The position numbers and the translations under genes are program-made. The notes below the pieces were generated by a model, which worked only from the letters and a program-made list of their open reading frames with translations, had not been told where the DNA came from and ran no database searches. Positions 19,901-30,497 of a stretch of DNA of 64,000 nucleotides are shown in pieces (position 1 is the first letter of the stretch; each line of letters begins with the position of its first letter). Source of the DNA: Longimicrobiales bacterium (GTDB taxonomy: Bacteria > Gemmatimonadota > Gemmatimonadetes > Longimicrobiales > Gaopeijiaceae); NCBI GenBank assembly GCA_965226375.1, contig CBDDCX010000008.1, positions 2,080,001 to 2,144,000 on the forward strand. The letters are read 5' to 3'.

Positions 19901-22900
19901 CGGCTGCAGGAGCAGACTGCGGACGTGCACCGCCGGTTCCTCGAGTCGCAGGAGCGGACCATCCAGGCCATCGCAGGACAGCAAGGGCTGCTGCCGGCCG
20001 TGCCTGCCGCGAACCCGGCCCCTTCCAGGGTGCCCGAGCCCGCTCTGGCTCAGGAGGCCCTCGCCCTGACACCGGAGCCCACTCCAGAGCCCGCCCCGAC
20101 AGTGGCACCCGCACCGACCGTCGAGCCCGAGGTAGCCGCACCGGGCGTCGCGGCAGCACTACTCTCGGTCGTGTCGGAGAAGACCGGATACCCGGAGGAG
20201 ATGCTGGAATTGTCAATGGGGCTAGATGCGGATCTGGGCATCGACTCCATCAAGCGGGTCGAGATTCTGTCCGCGCTCCAGGAGCGGCTCCCCGACGCAC
20301 CGGTGATCACTCCCGAGCACCTGGGTGAGATCCAGACGCTCGGACAGATCGTCGAGTTCCTCGGCGGCTCCGCCTCCGAGTCGGAGGCACCTTCGGTCAC
20401 AGGCGAGGCGACCACCCTTGTGGATGCCGCCGAGACGACCGGACCAACGACGTCTGCTACAGCGGGTATCGCCGAGATGCCGGCCAACGATGCCGCAGAC
20501 GCGGCGGCCAACGGAAGCGCAGACGCGGTAGGCAACCCAAGCGTCGACAGTGCACGCATCTCCGAGGTCCTGCTGAGCGTAGTCGCCGACAAGACGGGAT
20601 ATCCCGTCGACATGCTCGACGTATCGATGAATCTGGATGCCGACCTGGGCATCGACTCCATCAAGCGGGTCGAAATCCTGGCGGCGTTGCAGGAAGCGCT
20701 CCCAGAGGCCCCGGTCGTGGCTCCGGACCAACTCGGTGAGCTCCGGACCCTGAGCCAAATCGTGGACGTGCTCGCCCAAGGAGCCGAATCCGAGCCGGCG
20801 CCCCCGCCCTCGCTGCCTGTCCCGGACCAACCCGCTCGGTCCGTGCCAAAGGGCGTCGAGCGCCTGGTCCCGACACTGCGGCCCCTCGATTCGATCGGAG
20901 AGCCGATCGGGCTTCCCGCCGGGTCCAAGATCTGGGTAGCCAAGAGCGGCAACGTGCTCTCGGGCCAGATCGTCGAAGAGCTCAGCGCACAGGGTTACTC
21001 CGCCGAAGAGGTGGAACTTGCCGACCAGGTGCACAACCCGCCCGACGACGTCGCCGGCTTGATTGTGGTCGTACCTCCTCGTGTCACCGACGAGGACATC
21101 CTGTTCGGATTCGGACGCGTTCGAGCCATGGCCCCCGTCCTTCGCCGCGCGGCGCTGCAGGGCGGTGCCCTCCTGTGCAGCGTGACCTGCCTAGGTGGCG
21201 GCTTCGCTCTCGAGGCGGCTCCCCCCGAGGATGTGGATGCCACGGGCGGGGCCTGGGGCGGCCTGACCAAGACGGCCGCCGCAGAGTGGACGGAGGTCGA
21301 CTGCAAGTGCATCGACGTTGATCCGAACCGAATTGATCTGGCGTCGGACGTAGTGAAGTACGCTCTCTCGGAGGGGCCGGTGGAAATCGGCCTGGGGAGC
21401 GATGGGCCCGTTACGGTGGTTCTCGAGCCACAGCCTGTCGAGCCTGCGGCGCACGCGGCCCTGGGATCCGACGATGTCGTACTGATCACCGGTGGCGCCC
21501 GGGGCGTAACGGCCGAGGTTGCCGTAGCGATGGCCCAAGCAGGACAACCTGGGCTGATCCTTATGGGCCGCAGTCCGGAGCCGAGCAGTGAGCCCGACCG
21601 GCTCATCGGTCTGGACGGGGAGGCCGACGTCAAGCGTGCCATCGTGGCCCACGCGGGCCCGGGCGTCAGCCCCCAGGAGGTGCAGGCCGAATACAACCGT
21701 ATCCAGGCCAGCCGCGAGATCCTACGCAACCTCGCTCGAATCTCGGCGGCGGGCTCGGAGGTCGTCTACACCTCCGTCGATGTGCGTGACCCTGACGCCG
21801 TACGGACCAGCCTCGAGCCACTGATCGAGGAGTTCGGGCCCATCACGGGGCTCGTGCACGGAGCCGGGGTCCTGGCGGACCGCAACATCGAGGACAAGAG
21901 CGACGAGGACTTCGCTTTCGTCTACAACACCAAGGTGGGTGGGCTACGCTCCGTGCTTGCTGCCCTGGACGACGCACCCCTGAAAACCATGGTGATGTTC
22001 TCCTCCTCGACGGCCCGCTTCGGACGCCGCGGACAGGCGGACTACGCTGCCGCAAACGAGGTGCTGAACAAGGTGGCGCAGGTCGAAGCGGCCCGCAGAG
22101 AAGGCTGCCGGGTAGTCTCGGTGAACTGGGGACCCTGGGATGGCGGCATGGTGACGCCGGCACTCAAGGGCATATTCTCTGCCGAGGGTATCGAGGTGAT
22201 CGGTATGGAGAGCGGCGCGGCCTACCTCCTCGACGAGATCGCGTGTGACGGGCCGGCGGAAGTGCTCGTCCTCGGAGCGGGGTCGCATGTTCCCAGCGAG
22301 GCGCCCACATCGACCGTGGCGACGAACGGGGCGGTACAGGATGAGTTGCCCGTGGTCTTCGAACGGACCATCAGCACCGACACACACGAGTTCATGGCGT
22401 CCCACGTCTTGGACGGACGCGCCGTGCTGCCGGCCGCGATGACCCTGGAGTGGCTGGCCCACAGCGCGCTTCACGGGAATCCGGGACTGCGTTTTGTCGG
22501 GGTCGACGACTTCCGTGTGTTCAAGGGAGTCCTCGTTCAGGCACAGGAGTCCTTCCGGGTACGCGTGTGTGCCGACGAGGCGCGGCGCCGTGGTGATGAA
22601 TTCGTGGTGACGGCGGAGCTCTGTAGCGGCGGGAGCAACGGCAGGCGGGTGCTACACGCCCGAGCCGAGATCGTCTTGGCCGCACGTCAGCCTGAGGCGG
22701 CTACACCCCACGCATCCCAAGACCTGCCGGCGCTCGAACAGTCCATCGAGAGTATCTACTCCGAAACGCTCTTCCATGGCCCGGCGATGCGCGGCCTGGT
22801 GGACGTCGAGAGTTGTGGAGATGCGGGCCTCGTGGCTCGCTGCCGGGTGGCACCGCCGCCCAAGGACTGGATGCAAGAGCCCGTGCGTAATCGGTGGATT

Positions 22901-23215
22901 GCGGATCCCCTCGTGCTCGACAGTGGACTTCAGGCCATGATCGTCTGGACCTCCGACCGGGTGGGAGAGGCTTCGCTCCCGTCACGCCTGACGCGCTATC
23001 GCCAGTTCGTCCCCGCGTTCCCCGAGAGTGGTGCGCGCATCGTCATCAACGTGCGCGACCGAACGGACGCTCGCGTGGTGTCGGACATCGACTGGGTCGG
23101 AGACGACGGGCGACTGCTCGCCCGACTCGAAGGATACGAGTCGGTTGTGGACCCGTCGCTGAGCAAAGCGTTCCGCCAAAACAGACTCGACACGAGCGCG
23201 TCGTCCAAGGCGTAA
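16904..23215 (+). CDS. pfaA: PUFA-synthase PfaA/Pfa2: KS-AT-ACP-ACP-KR-DH
   Basis: DAACASS, HGTGT, GHTK; GHSYG; two DLGIDSIKRVEI; GGARGV/YAAAN; HVLDGRAVLP; TTG start overlaps the pfaD stop. Confidence 0.93.
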   Translation: MSDRNESRAAAQSPIAIVGIACVFPKAGGLQDYWANIRNGVDAITEIPEAYWKTSDYYDADPKQPDMTYGRRGGFIDPIDFEPMAFGISPRDLEATDSTQLIGLHVASQALQDAGYGPEGREFDREKTSVILGVSGTLPLVIPLGARLGHPIWRKALEDAGVDPETTEDVIERIGDGYVPWQENSFPGLLANVVAGRIANRLDLHGTNCIVDAACASSLSAVHLAALELEAGRADMVLSGGLDTFNDIFMYMCFSKTPALSATGNARPFNDEADGTILGEGVGMLVLKRLGDAERDGDRIYAVIKGIGSSSDGKGQAVYAPAPEGQARALRAAYDSAGIQPDTVELVEGHGTGTRVGDATEAKGLTTVYREASPEGTWCALGSVKSMIGHTKAAAGAAGLIKTAMALHHKTLPPTIKVESPNEAVATGETPFYVNTEKRPWMPKSGHPRRAGVSAFGFGGSNFHCVVEEYESKATEVDWDGRDQLIAFSAADREALAAQLQEFEGSGEWADIRGRAAESRARFDVSHQVRLLLVADRDGTPVSDLITMALSQLKDERTSWAMPQGIYFGSGAAKGKWAACFPGQGAQYVGMLRELACRFPAAADALAASAEVTPYVVDRVYPHPAFDDASRSRQEDELRATDTAQPAIGAVSLAALRVLEQFGLTPDATCGHSYGELVALCAAGRLRPMELYQLSRRRGELMAMGDGDHGSMLAVAAELEWVKQFLRTHDLDLVVANHNAPEQAVLSGVTYEIERAQDLLSREGVRVKRLPVAAAFHSSLVAQAGAPFAESLTSIELTGSDVTVYANATGDAYPARSTDARELLASQLTSPVEFVACVKSMFDDGVRTFVEVGPGRRLSALIDEILAGEDITTVAVDASSGRRAGLVDLARTLAQVAADGHAVALDRWDDGALDAWQRRIARGKPTMTVPISGVNHVDPRPTRPPRVATPALPATSPAVRPTPIVHQVGPTSEAAESTSDPQLLAEAMRASQASLQALVRLQEQTADVHRRFLESQERTIQAIAGQQGLLPAVPAANPAPSRVPEPALAQEALALTPEPTPEPAPTVAPAPTVEPEVAAPGVAAALLSVVSEKTGYPEEMLELSMGLDADLGIDSIKRVEILSALQERLPDAPVITPEHLGEIQTLGQIVEFLGGSASESEAPSVTGEATTLVDAAETTGPTTSATAGIAEMPANDAADAAANGSADAVGNPSVDSARISEVLLSVVADKTGYPVDMLDVSMNLDADLGIDSIKRVEILAALQEALPEAPVVAPDQLGELRTLSQIVDVLAQGAESEPAPPPSLPVPDQPARSVPKGVERLVPTLRPLDSIGEPIGLPAGSKIWVAKSGNVLSGQIVEELSAQGYSAEEVELADQVHNPPDDVAGLIVVVPPRVTDEDILFGFGRVRAMAPVLRRAALQGGALLCSVTCLGGGFALEAAPPEDVDATGGAWGGLTKTAAAEWTEVDCKCIDVDPNRIDLASDVVKYALSEGPVEIGLGSDGPVTVVLEPQPVEPAAHAALGSDDVVLITGGARGVTAEVAVAMAQAGQPGLILMGRSPEPSSEPDRLIGLDGEADVKRAIVAHAGPGVSPQEVQAEYNRIQASREILRNLARISAAGSEVVYTSVDVRDPDAVRTSLEPLIEEFGPITGLVHGAGVLADRNIEDKSDEDFAFVYNTKVGGLRSVLAALDDAPLKTMVMFSSSTARFGRRGQADYAAANEVLNKVAQVEAARREGCRVVSVNWGPWDGGMVTPALKGIFSAEGIEVIGMESGAAYLLDEIACDGPAEVLVLGAGSHVPSEAPTSTVATNGAVQDELPVVFERTISTDTHEFMASHVLDGRAVLPAAMTLEWLAHSALHGNPGLRFVGVDDFRVFKGVLVQAQESFRVRVCADEARRRGDEFVVTAELCSGGSNGRRVLHARAEIVLAARQPEAATPHASQDLPALEQSIESIYSETLFHGPAMRGLVDVESCGDAGLVARCRVAPPPKDWMQEPVRNRWIADPLVLDSGLQAMIVWTSDRVGEASLPSRLTRYRQFVPAFPESGARIVINVRDRTDARVVSDIDWVGDDGRLLARLEGYESVVDPSLSKAFRQNRLDTSASSKA

Positions 23216-23220
23216 CCTCT

Positions 23221-26200
23221 ATGTCCATATCCGAGCCGATCGCCATCGTCGGCCTCGGCGGGATTCTCCCCGGCGCCGCTACCCTCGATGACTTCTGGAA
23301 TGTCGTCAAGGCCGGTGTCGACACCGCCTCCGAGCCGCCCTCGGGCCGTTGGCTCCTCGACCTGGAACAGGCGTACGATCCCGAACGGGCTCGAGCCGAC
23401 CATGTCTACTCCCGGCGGGCTTGCTTTGTCAGGGACTTCCAGCTCGAGCGCACGGGCCTGAATCTGCCGCCGGAGCTGCTCGACGCTCTCGATCCGATGG
23501 TCCACCTGGCGCTTCACGCGGGGCGGCAGGCGTGGCGGGATGCCGTCACCGACCCGGTTGATCCCAAGCGCGTGGGGGTCATGCTGGGCAACATCGTCCT
23601 ACCGACCATGTCCGCCTCGGCGATGGCCGACTGGATTCTTGGGAGACGCTTCGAGCGAGAGGTGTTCCGAGCGGCAGGGATACCGATGCCCCCCGAGGAC
23701 CGCGCCCCGGTCGGGGCAGTCAATCGCTGGGTGGCAGGCCTTCCGGCCGCTGTGCTCGCTCGGGCGCTGGGACTCGGCGGAGATCGTTTCTGCCTGGACG
23801 CGGCGTGCGCATCGTCTCTGTTTGCGGTCGAATTGGCCGTCGACGCACTCCGCGACGGCCGACTCGACGCCGTGCTTGCCGGCGGACTTTCACGGCCCGA
23901 CTCCCTCTACACACAGATGGGCTTCTCCCAACTCCTGGCCGTGTCACCCACGGGCCGCTGCTCGCCGTTCGATCACAAGAGCGATGGTCTGGTGGTCGGT
24001 GAGGGCGCCGGAGTCCTGGTTTTGAAGCGCCTGTCGGACGCGATCGAGCACGGCGATCGGGTGCGAGCCGTGGTCAAGAGCGTCGGCCTCTCCAACGACG
24101 TGGAAGGCAGCCTGCTGGCCCCCAGCCAAGAGGGGCAATTGCGGGCCATGCGAGGTGCCTACCAAGCCGCGGGGTGGCAGCCGAGTGAAGTGGATCTGGT
24201 CGAGTGCCACGCTACCGGTACACCCGTGGGCGACGCCGTGGAGTTCGCGAGCCTTCAGGCGCTGTGGGCCGAGGAGGATGCCCCCGCAACGCGCTGCGTT
24301 ATCGGTTCGGCCAAGTCCAATACAGGCCACCTGCTGACGGGGGCAGGAGCCGTGGGCCTACTCAAGACCATCCTGGCCATGGAGCATAAGACCCTGCCGC
24401 CTACCGCCAACTTCGAAGAGGCCGGGGACAGCGTCGACTTGGCCCAGAGCCCGTTCCGGGTGCTGCAGGAAGCGCAGCCGTGGCAGGCCCCGAAGAGTCA
24501 CGCACGTCGGGCTGCGGTAAGCGGGTTCGGCTTCGGCGGGACGAACGCTCATGTTCTTCTCGAAGAAGCTACGGAGCCCGCTGCTGGACGAGCCGCCGTC
24601 ACCGTGCCGGCGCTACCTCGGTCGGCCGAGCCGAAGCCGGAGTCCCCCGAGTCACCCACCGAGTCTCCCACCGAGTCCCTCACGTACGGGCCGGAGGGAC
24701 GGGACTCGCCCTCTACGGCGATCGCCATCGTCGGAATGGGCGCTCGCATCGGGCCATGGAAGGATCTGGCCGCCGTCCAGCAACGGATCCTCGGGCGCGG
24801 GGACGACCATCCGGTCCTCCCCAAGGAGAACCACTGGGGAGTCCCGGATCCGCCCTTGGGGTGGTTCATCGAGGAACTCGAAATTCCGTTCGGCCTCTTC
24901 AAGATTCCACCCAAAGAGATCGAGGAGGCGCTGCCCCAGCAGATGCTCATGCTCCAGGTGGCTGAACGCGCCCTCGCAGACGCCGCTCTCGACGACCTCG
25001 ACCGTCTTCGCACGGGGGTGTTCGTGGGGGTGGAGATCGACCTCAACACGACCAACTACCACCTACGGTGGGCCGTCCGATCTCGGGCCGCGGATTGGGC
25101 CAGGCGAATGGCACGCCCGATCGAGGAAGCCGAGTTCGAGAGCTGGGTCGAAGAGCTCTGTGACTCCCTCACACCCGCGCTCAATGCCAACCGCACCATC
25201 GGCGGTCTCGGCTCCATCGTGGCGAGTCGGGTGGCGCGGGAGTTCGGACTCGGCGGCCCGAGCTACGTGCTCGCCAGTGAGGAGACGTCTGGGATGTCGG
25301 CCCTTCAGGCCGCGCTTCGATCCCTCCAGACCGGCCGCCTCGACTGCGCCGTGGTGGGGGCCGTCGACCTGTCCGGCGATGTCCGCGCCCTGCTCTCTCT
25401 AGCGAGTACGGACGGTGTGGCGGCGGACGGCATCCCCCGCCCCTTCCACGGCGAATCCCAGGGCGTGGTTCCCAGCGACGGCGCGGTCGCCTTGGTACTG
25501 AAGCGGGAAAAGGAGGCCCGACAGGACGGTGATCGCATCTACGCCATCGTGCGAGGAGTGGGAAGCGTCGGCGGGGACCTGACGGATGCGAGCACAGAAG
25601 CGGCGCTCCGTAGCTGCCGGGACGCCTCGGTCGCACCCGAGGCTATCCCATACGTGGAAGGCCACGGAGGTGGCGCACCGCGAGAGGACCGTGCAGAAGC
25701 ACGGGCTCTGGCGGAAGTCCACGGAGCCGACACCATTCTCGGATGCACCAAGGCACGCGTCGGCCACACGGGAGCCGCGGCAGGCCTGGTCTCGGTCCTG
25801 GGGGCCAGCCTGGCCCTCTACCAGCAGGTGCTCCCCGCCGCCGGTAGCGACTGGACCGGCCGAGGCAACGGTACGAGGGGTGGCCCCGCGCGCGAGCCCG
25901 AGTCACGGCAGGGATTGATCCCGCTGGCCGACTCCAGGCCATGGGTCTGCGATCGCGCCGAGGGCCCACGGCGTGCGGGGGTTCTGGCGGTTTCCCGTGG
26001 AGGATCCTGTTCGCACGTGGTCCTGGAGGAGTCAGGTGCGACGGTGCGGGAGGAAGAGAGGGCGACTCCCCTGGGCGCGCTACCCGAGGGACTGTTCCTG
26101 GTCGAGGGGGACGACGACAAGGCGGTGGTCGCGGGCCTGAGACAGCTAGCGGAGTTCGTCACGGGGGCAGGGCAACCTATCACCGACGCCGAGCAGAATT

Positions 26201-29200
26201 CTGGCTCGGACGGGACTGGGGTGTCCGACCTGGCGCAGCTCTGGTGGATGGAGGAGCCCTTACAGCCGGAAGTCGCCCGGGCCATCGCTCTGGTGGCCAG
26301 AGACGCCTACGAGATCGAGAGCCTTGCCCGAACCGCTGCCGACCAGATCGAGGCCGGCGGCGATCCGTCCGATCGTAGCGCAGGCCGGGTCTTCTTCACA
26401 CGTGAGCCGCTCGGACGTGAGGGCCGACTCGCCTTCGTGTATCCAGGCTCGGGGAGTCAGTTCGCCGGCATGGGTCGGGAGCTCTGTCTCCAGTGGCCCG
26501 AGATCCTCAGAGATCAGGAAGGGAGCAGCGAAATGCTGAGCTCCCAGCTGAGGGCATCGGAAATCTGGCGGGCCGGTCCAACCCCGACCGATGCGCGCAC
26601 CGTCATCCTATCTCAAGTGGCATTGGGTACGCTCGCTACGGACCTCATGGCCCGATTCGCGGTGAAGCCGGACGCGGTGATCGGGTACTCGCTTGGAGAA
26701 ACGGCGGGGTTGTTCTCCACGGGGGCGTGGCACGAGCGCGATGAGATGCTGCGCAGAACCACCGAGAGCGATCTGTTCGAGACTCAACTCACGGGTCCCT
26801 GCACGGCCGCTCGCGCCGCATGGAGCCTCGACGAAGACGCCGTGCTGGAGTGGAGGGTCGGCGTGGTGGACCGCTCCGCCGAGGAGGTGAGAGCGGTCCT
26901 CGATGGGCGCGAACGTGTCTACTTGCTCATCGTGAATACGCCGGACGAGTGTGTTATCGGTGGCGACGCGGAAGCGGTACATCAGGCCGTCGAGGCTCTC
27001 GGATCGGCGTTCCACGAGCTGCGGGGTGTCACGACGGTGCACTGCGAGGTCGCCCAGGAAGTTGCGGACGATTACCGGGATCTTCATCTGCTCGACACCC
27101 GCCCACCGGAGGGAGTCCGTTTCTACAGCGGGGCCTCGGGAGTGTCCTACGATGTCGATCGAGAAAGCGCCGCCGACTCCCTGCTCGCCCAAGCGCTCCA
27201 CGGCGTGGACTTTCCGAAGACCGTTCGACAAGCCTACGAAGATGGCGCTCGGATCTTCCTCGAGATGGGGCCGGGAGCCTCCTGTACCCGCATGATCTCC
27301 AAGATTCTGGACGGTTCAGCATTCAGGGCGCGTTCGATCTCGTCTCCGACGCAGGACGAGCCATCCGCGGTCCTCAGGGCCCTGGCCATGCTGTTGGTCG
27401 AACGTGTGGAGGTAGACCTCGGACTGCTCTATCCGGGTGCCCCGAAACCCGCAGGTGAGTCGAAGCCGGCCATCCGGGTCCCCATAGGTCAGGTCGGCTT
27501 TGGGGCGATTCCCGTGGGACCTTCGGTCGCAGACGCCGCCGTGACCGCCGAGACGTCCGCTACCGAAACCATGTCGGCCGAAGATCCGTCGGTGGCGCCC
27601 GTGACATCCGACTCGCGCTCGGCACACCTGGCGGCCCAGGGCCTCACGGCGGCGACGGCCAGTGAGCCCCTCATGTCACTGGCTACCGAGTCCTCACCGG
27701 ATCTGGCGGCCGCAGTCCGGGCTGCCGAGACCACCTTGGAGGTCCATGAGGCCTTCCTGCGCTCCGCCGAGCACACCCGCCAGTTGGCGGCGGCACAGTT
27801 GGCGCACCAGCACAACCTCTTGCATGCGCTGGCCCGAGGAGAGGCGGCACCGCTGGTCGCTGATCTGAGCGCCGCCGGGACAACGATGGGCACCCCCGCC
27901 CTTGCCTCGACACCTCCGCCGCCATCTCCCGAAGCGATGCGAGAGGTTGCGACTCTGCCGCGATCCGTCGCCCTGGACCGGGATCAACTGATGGAGTTCG
28001 CCGTCGGCTCCATCGGCAAGGCACTCGGAGAGCGCTTCGCCCACGTGGACAGCCATCCCACCCGGGTGCGACTGCCCGATGAGCCGCTCATGCTGGTGGA
28101 CCGGGTCTTGACCATAGAGGCCGAGCCCCAGTCCATGACGTCGGGTCGGATCGTGACGGAGCACGATGTGCTTGAGGGCGCGTGGTATCTGGACGGGGGG
28201 CTCATTCCCACCTGCGTAGCCGTCGAGGCGGGGCAAGCGGACCTGCTTCTGTCCGGCTATATGGGAATCGACTCGGAGACGCAGGGCCTGGCGGTGTACC
28301 GGCTCCTGGACGCCGTGGTCACGTTTCAGGGCGAGCTGCCTCGTCCCGGCCAGGTCATCGTGTACGACATCCGCATCATCCACTTCTTCCGACAGGGGGA
28401 CACCTGGCTCTTCCGCTTCCAGTTCGACGCCACGGTCGACGGTCGTCCGCTCATGACCATGCGCGAAGGCTCAGCCGGGTTCTTCTCGCAGGGAGAGCTG
28501 GACGCGGGTAAGGGGATCGTGTTGAGTGCCCTCGAGCGACGGGAGATCGCGGGTCAACGACCCGCCGACTGGCGTGAACTGGTCCCCATGTGCAAGGAGT
28601 CCTTCGACGAGGGACAGATCGAAGCGCTCCGGCAAGGGGACTTGGCAGGTGCGTTCGGCGAACAGTTCGACGGGCTCGGCCTGATCCGACCTCTCACGAT
28701 TCCCGGTGATCGTATGCGGCTGGTCCATCGGGTCACGGAACTGGACCCCGAGGGCGGGCGCTACGGCATCGGAAGCATCGTTGCGGAGGCCGACATCCAC
28801 CCGGACGACTGGTTCCTGACTTGCCACTTCGTCGACGACCAGGTCATGCCGGGCACACTGATGTACGAGTGCTGCCTTCACACGCTTCGGATCTTCCTCC
28901 TCCGTATGGGCTGGATGGCCGCGGAGGGATCCTCGACCTGGCAGCCGATCAAGGGGGTGAAGAGCCGGCTGAGGTGTCGTGGTCAGGTCTTGGCCTCTAC
29001 CGCGATGGTGACGTACGAGATCAACGTGCGAGAGATGGGCTACGGTCCCGAGCCCTACGCGATCGTGGATGCGATGATGTACGCCGATGGCAAGCCGATC
29101 GTGGACATCCGCGAGATGTCGGTGCAGCTGACCGGCGCCGACCGCGAACAGCTGGAAGATCTGTGGTTGGCCCGGAACCTCGGTACGCTCCGCCCCGCGG

Positions 29201-30456
29201 GAGGAGGCGCCGAGCCCGTGAGCGAGGCGCCGGTGAAGGCCACCGCTGGCGAGCCGGAACCGGTCGGCGCCACCTCCGAGCAGTCCGTGCCCGACCGTGG
29301 CACCCCTTCCGAAATGACCATTGTGGACTCGCCCGGTGCCACGCCACGAGTGGTGTCCCTCCGGAGAGACTCCTCGGTCCCGTACGACAAAGCCAGCATC
29401 CTGGCCTTCAGCAGCGGTAAGCCGTCACACGCGTTCGGCGAGATCTACAGCGCCTTCGACCGTGGCCCTGGCCGCATCGCCAGACTCCCACGTCCGCCTT
29501 ACCAGTTCATGGATCGGGTCACGTCCGTGGAGGGTGAGCCGTTCGCCATGAAAGCCGGAGCCAAGGCGACCGCCCAGTTCGACGTCACGGCCGACCACTG
29601 GTACTTCGCGAGCAACCGCCAGCAAGAGATGCCCTTTGCGGTCCTCCTCGAAGTGGCACTCCAACCCTGCGGATGGCTCGCGGGGTATGTGGGCTCTGCC
29701 CTGGCCGCGGAAACGGATGTACGCTTCCGCAATCTAGGCGGCGACGCCGTCCAACTGGCCAGACCGGCCGCCGGTCCGGACGTGATCACCACCGAAGTGG
29801 AGCTCACCAGCGTCTCCATGTCGGGAGGGATGATCATTCAGCACTATTCCATGGCGCTGGCCAGCGATCGTCTGGGCCCCTTGTACGAGGGTACCACCTA
29901 TTTCGGCTTCTTCTCGGAGCGGGCCCTGGCCGATCAAGTAGGGATACGCGACGCCACCATCTATGCTCCCTCCTCCGCCGAGCGACAGCGGGGGCTGAGC
30001 TTCCCGATCTCCGCCGAGCGACCACTCCCCGACCGTGACTTCCGCATGGTGGATCAGATCGATCTCCTGGTGCCCGACGGTGGTCCTCAGGGTCTCGGAT
30101 GGATCCACGGATCCATCGACGTCGATCCCGGCAAGTGGTTCTTCGAGGCACACTTCTATCAGGATCCGGTGTGGCCGGGCTCTCTCGGCCTGGAGGCGTT
30201 TGTACAGCTCCTCAAGACCTACGCGGTTGAGCGCTGGGAGCTCGGCGAGACCGCTGAGTTCCAGACGGTCCCGAGCGCAACACCGCACCGTTGGGGATAT
30301 CGAGGACAGATCGTGCAGGGTTGCCAGCGGGTAGAGGTGTACGCCAGCATCACTACGGTGGACGACGAGCGGCAAACTCTCATGGCCGACGGATTCCTGT
30401 CGGTGGACGGCCGAACGATCTACTCGATGAACGATTTCAGCCTGGGAGCACGATAG
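23221..30456 (+). CDS. pfaC: Fused PfaB/C (Pfa3-like): KS-CLF-AT-DH'-DH-DH'-DH
   Basis: DAACASS/HATGT/GHLL; second KS-like domain has E in place of Cys (SEETSG); AT GYSLG; FabA-like CHFVDDQVMPG and AHFYQDPVWPG. Confidence 0.9.
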   Translation: MSISEPIAIVGLGGILPGAATLDDFWNVVKAGVDTASEPPSGRWLLDLEQAYDPERARADHVYSRRACFVRDFQLERTGLNLPPELLDALDPMVHLALHAGRQAWRDAVTDPVDPKRVGVMLGNIVLPTMSASAMADWILGRRFEREVFRAAGIPMPPEDRAPVGAVNRWVAGLPAAVLARALGLGGDRFCLDAACASSLFAVELAVDALRDGRLDAVLAGGLSRPDSLYTQMGFSQLLAVSPTGRCSPFDHKSDGLVVGEGAGVLVLKRLSDAIEHGDRVRAVVKSVGLSNDVEGSLLAPSQEGQLRAMRGAYQAAGWQPSEVDLVECHATGTPVGDAVEFASLQALWAEEDAPATRCVIGSAKSNTGHLLTGAGAVGLLKTILAMEHKTLPPTANFEEAGDSVDLAQSPFRVLQEAQPWQAPKSHARRAAVSGFGFGGTNAHVLLEEATEPAAGRAAVTVPALPRSAEPKPESPESPTESPTESLTYGPEGRDSPSTAIAIVGMGARIGPWKDLAAVQQRILGRGDDHPVLPKENHWGVPDPPLGWFIEELEIPFGLFKIPPKEIEEALPQQMLMLQVAERALADAALDDLDRLRTGVFVGVEIDLNTTNYHLRWAVRSRAADWARRMARPIEEAEFESWVEELCDSLTPALNANRTIGGLGSIVASRVAREFGLGGPSYVLASEETSGMSALQAALRSLQTGRLDCAVVGAVDLSGDVRALLSLASTDGVAADGIPRPFHGESQGVVPSDGAVALVLKREKEARQDGDRIYAIVRGVGSVGGDLTDASTEAALRSCRDASVAPEAIPYVEGHGGGAPREDRAEARALAEVHGADTILGCTKARVGHTGAAAGLVSVLGASLALYQQVLPAAGSDWTGRGNGTRGGPAREPESRQGLIPLADSRPWVCDRAEGPRRAGVLAVSRGGSCSHVVLEESGATVREEERATPLGALPEGLFLVEGDDDKAVVAGLRQLAEFVTGAGQPITDAEQNSGSDGTGVSDLAQLWWMEEPLQPEVARAIALVARDAYEIESLARTAADQIEAGGDPSDRSAGRVFFTREPLGREGRLAFVYPGSGSQFAGMGRELCLQWPEILRDQEGSSEMLSSQLRASEIWRAGPTPTDARTVILSQVALGTLATDLMARFAVKPDAVIGYSLGETAGLFSTGAWHERDEMLRRTTESDLFETQLTGPCTAARAAWSLDEDAVLEWRVGVVDRSAEEVRAVLDGRERVYLLIVNTPDECVIGGDAEAVHQAVEALGSAFHELRGVTTVHCEVAQEVADDYRDLHLLDTRPPEGVRFYSGASGVSYDVDRESAADSLLAQALHGVDFPKTVRQAYEDGARIFLEMGPGASCTRMISKILDGSAFRARSISSPTQDEPSAVLRALAMLLVERVEVDLGLLYPGAPKPAGESKPAIRVPIGQVGFGAIPVGPSVADAAVTAETSATETMSAEDPSVAPVTSDSRSAHLAAQGLTAATASEPLMSLATESSPDLAAAVRAAETTLEVHEAFLRSAEHTRQLAAAQLAHQHNLLHALARGEAAPLVADLSAAGTTMGTPALASTPPPPSPEAMREVATLPRSVALDRDQLMEFAVGSIGKALGERFAHVDSHPTRVRLPDEPLMLVDRVLTIEAEPQSMTSGRIVTEHDVLEGAWYLDGGLIPTCVAVEAGQADLLLSGYMGIDSETQGLAVYRLLDAVVTFQGELPRPGQVIVYDIRIIHFFRQGDTWLFRFQFDATVDGRPLMTMREGSAGFFSQGELDAGKGIVLSALERREIAGQRPADWRELVPMCKESFDEGQIEALRQGDLAGAFGEQFDGLGLIRPLTIPGDRMRLVHRVTELDPEGGRYGIGSIVAEADIHPDDWFLTCHFVDDQVMPGTLMYECCLHTLRIFLLRMGWMAAEGSSTWQPIKGVKSRLRCRGQVLASTAMVTYEINVREMGYGPEPYAIVDAMMYADGKPIVDIREMSVQLTGADREQLEDLWLARNLGTLRPAGGGAEPVSEAPVKATAGEPEPVGATSEQSVPDRGTPSEMTIVDSPGATPRVVSLRRDSSVPYDKASILAFSSGKPSHAFGEIYSAFDRGPGRIARLPRPPYQFMDRVTSVEGEPFAMKAGAKATAQFDVTADHWYFASNRQQEMPFAVLLEVALQPCGWLAGYVGSALAAETDVRFRNLGGDAVQLARPAAGPDVITTEVELTSVSMSGGMIIQHYSMALASDRLGPLYEGTTYFGFFSERALADQVGIRDATIYAPSSAERQRGLSFPISAERPLPDRDFRMVDQIDLLVPDGGPQGLGWIHGSIDVDPGKWFFEAHFYQDPVWPGSLGLEAFVQLLKTYAVERWELGETAEFQTVPSATPHRWGYRGQIVQGCQRVEVYASITTVDDERQTLMADGFLSVDGRTIYSMNDFSLGAR

Positions 30457-30497
30457 TGTACCGCTGCCGAAGTGTCCGGAGGACATAGAGGGCGCCC

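Noticed and set aside
24640..24681. 12-bp ESPT repeat in pfaBC
   Set aside because: Ordinary in-frame low-complexity interdomain linker
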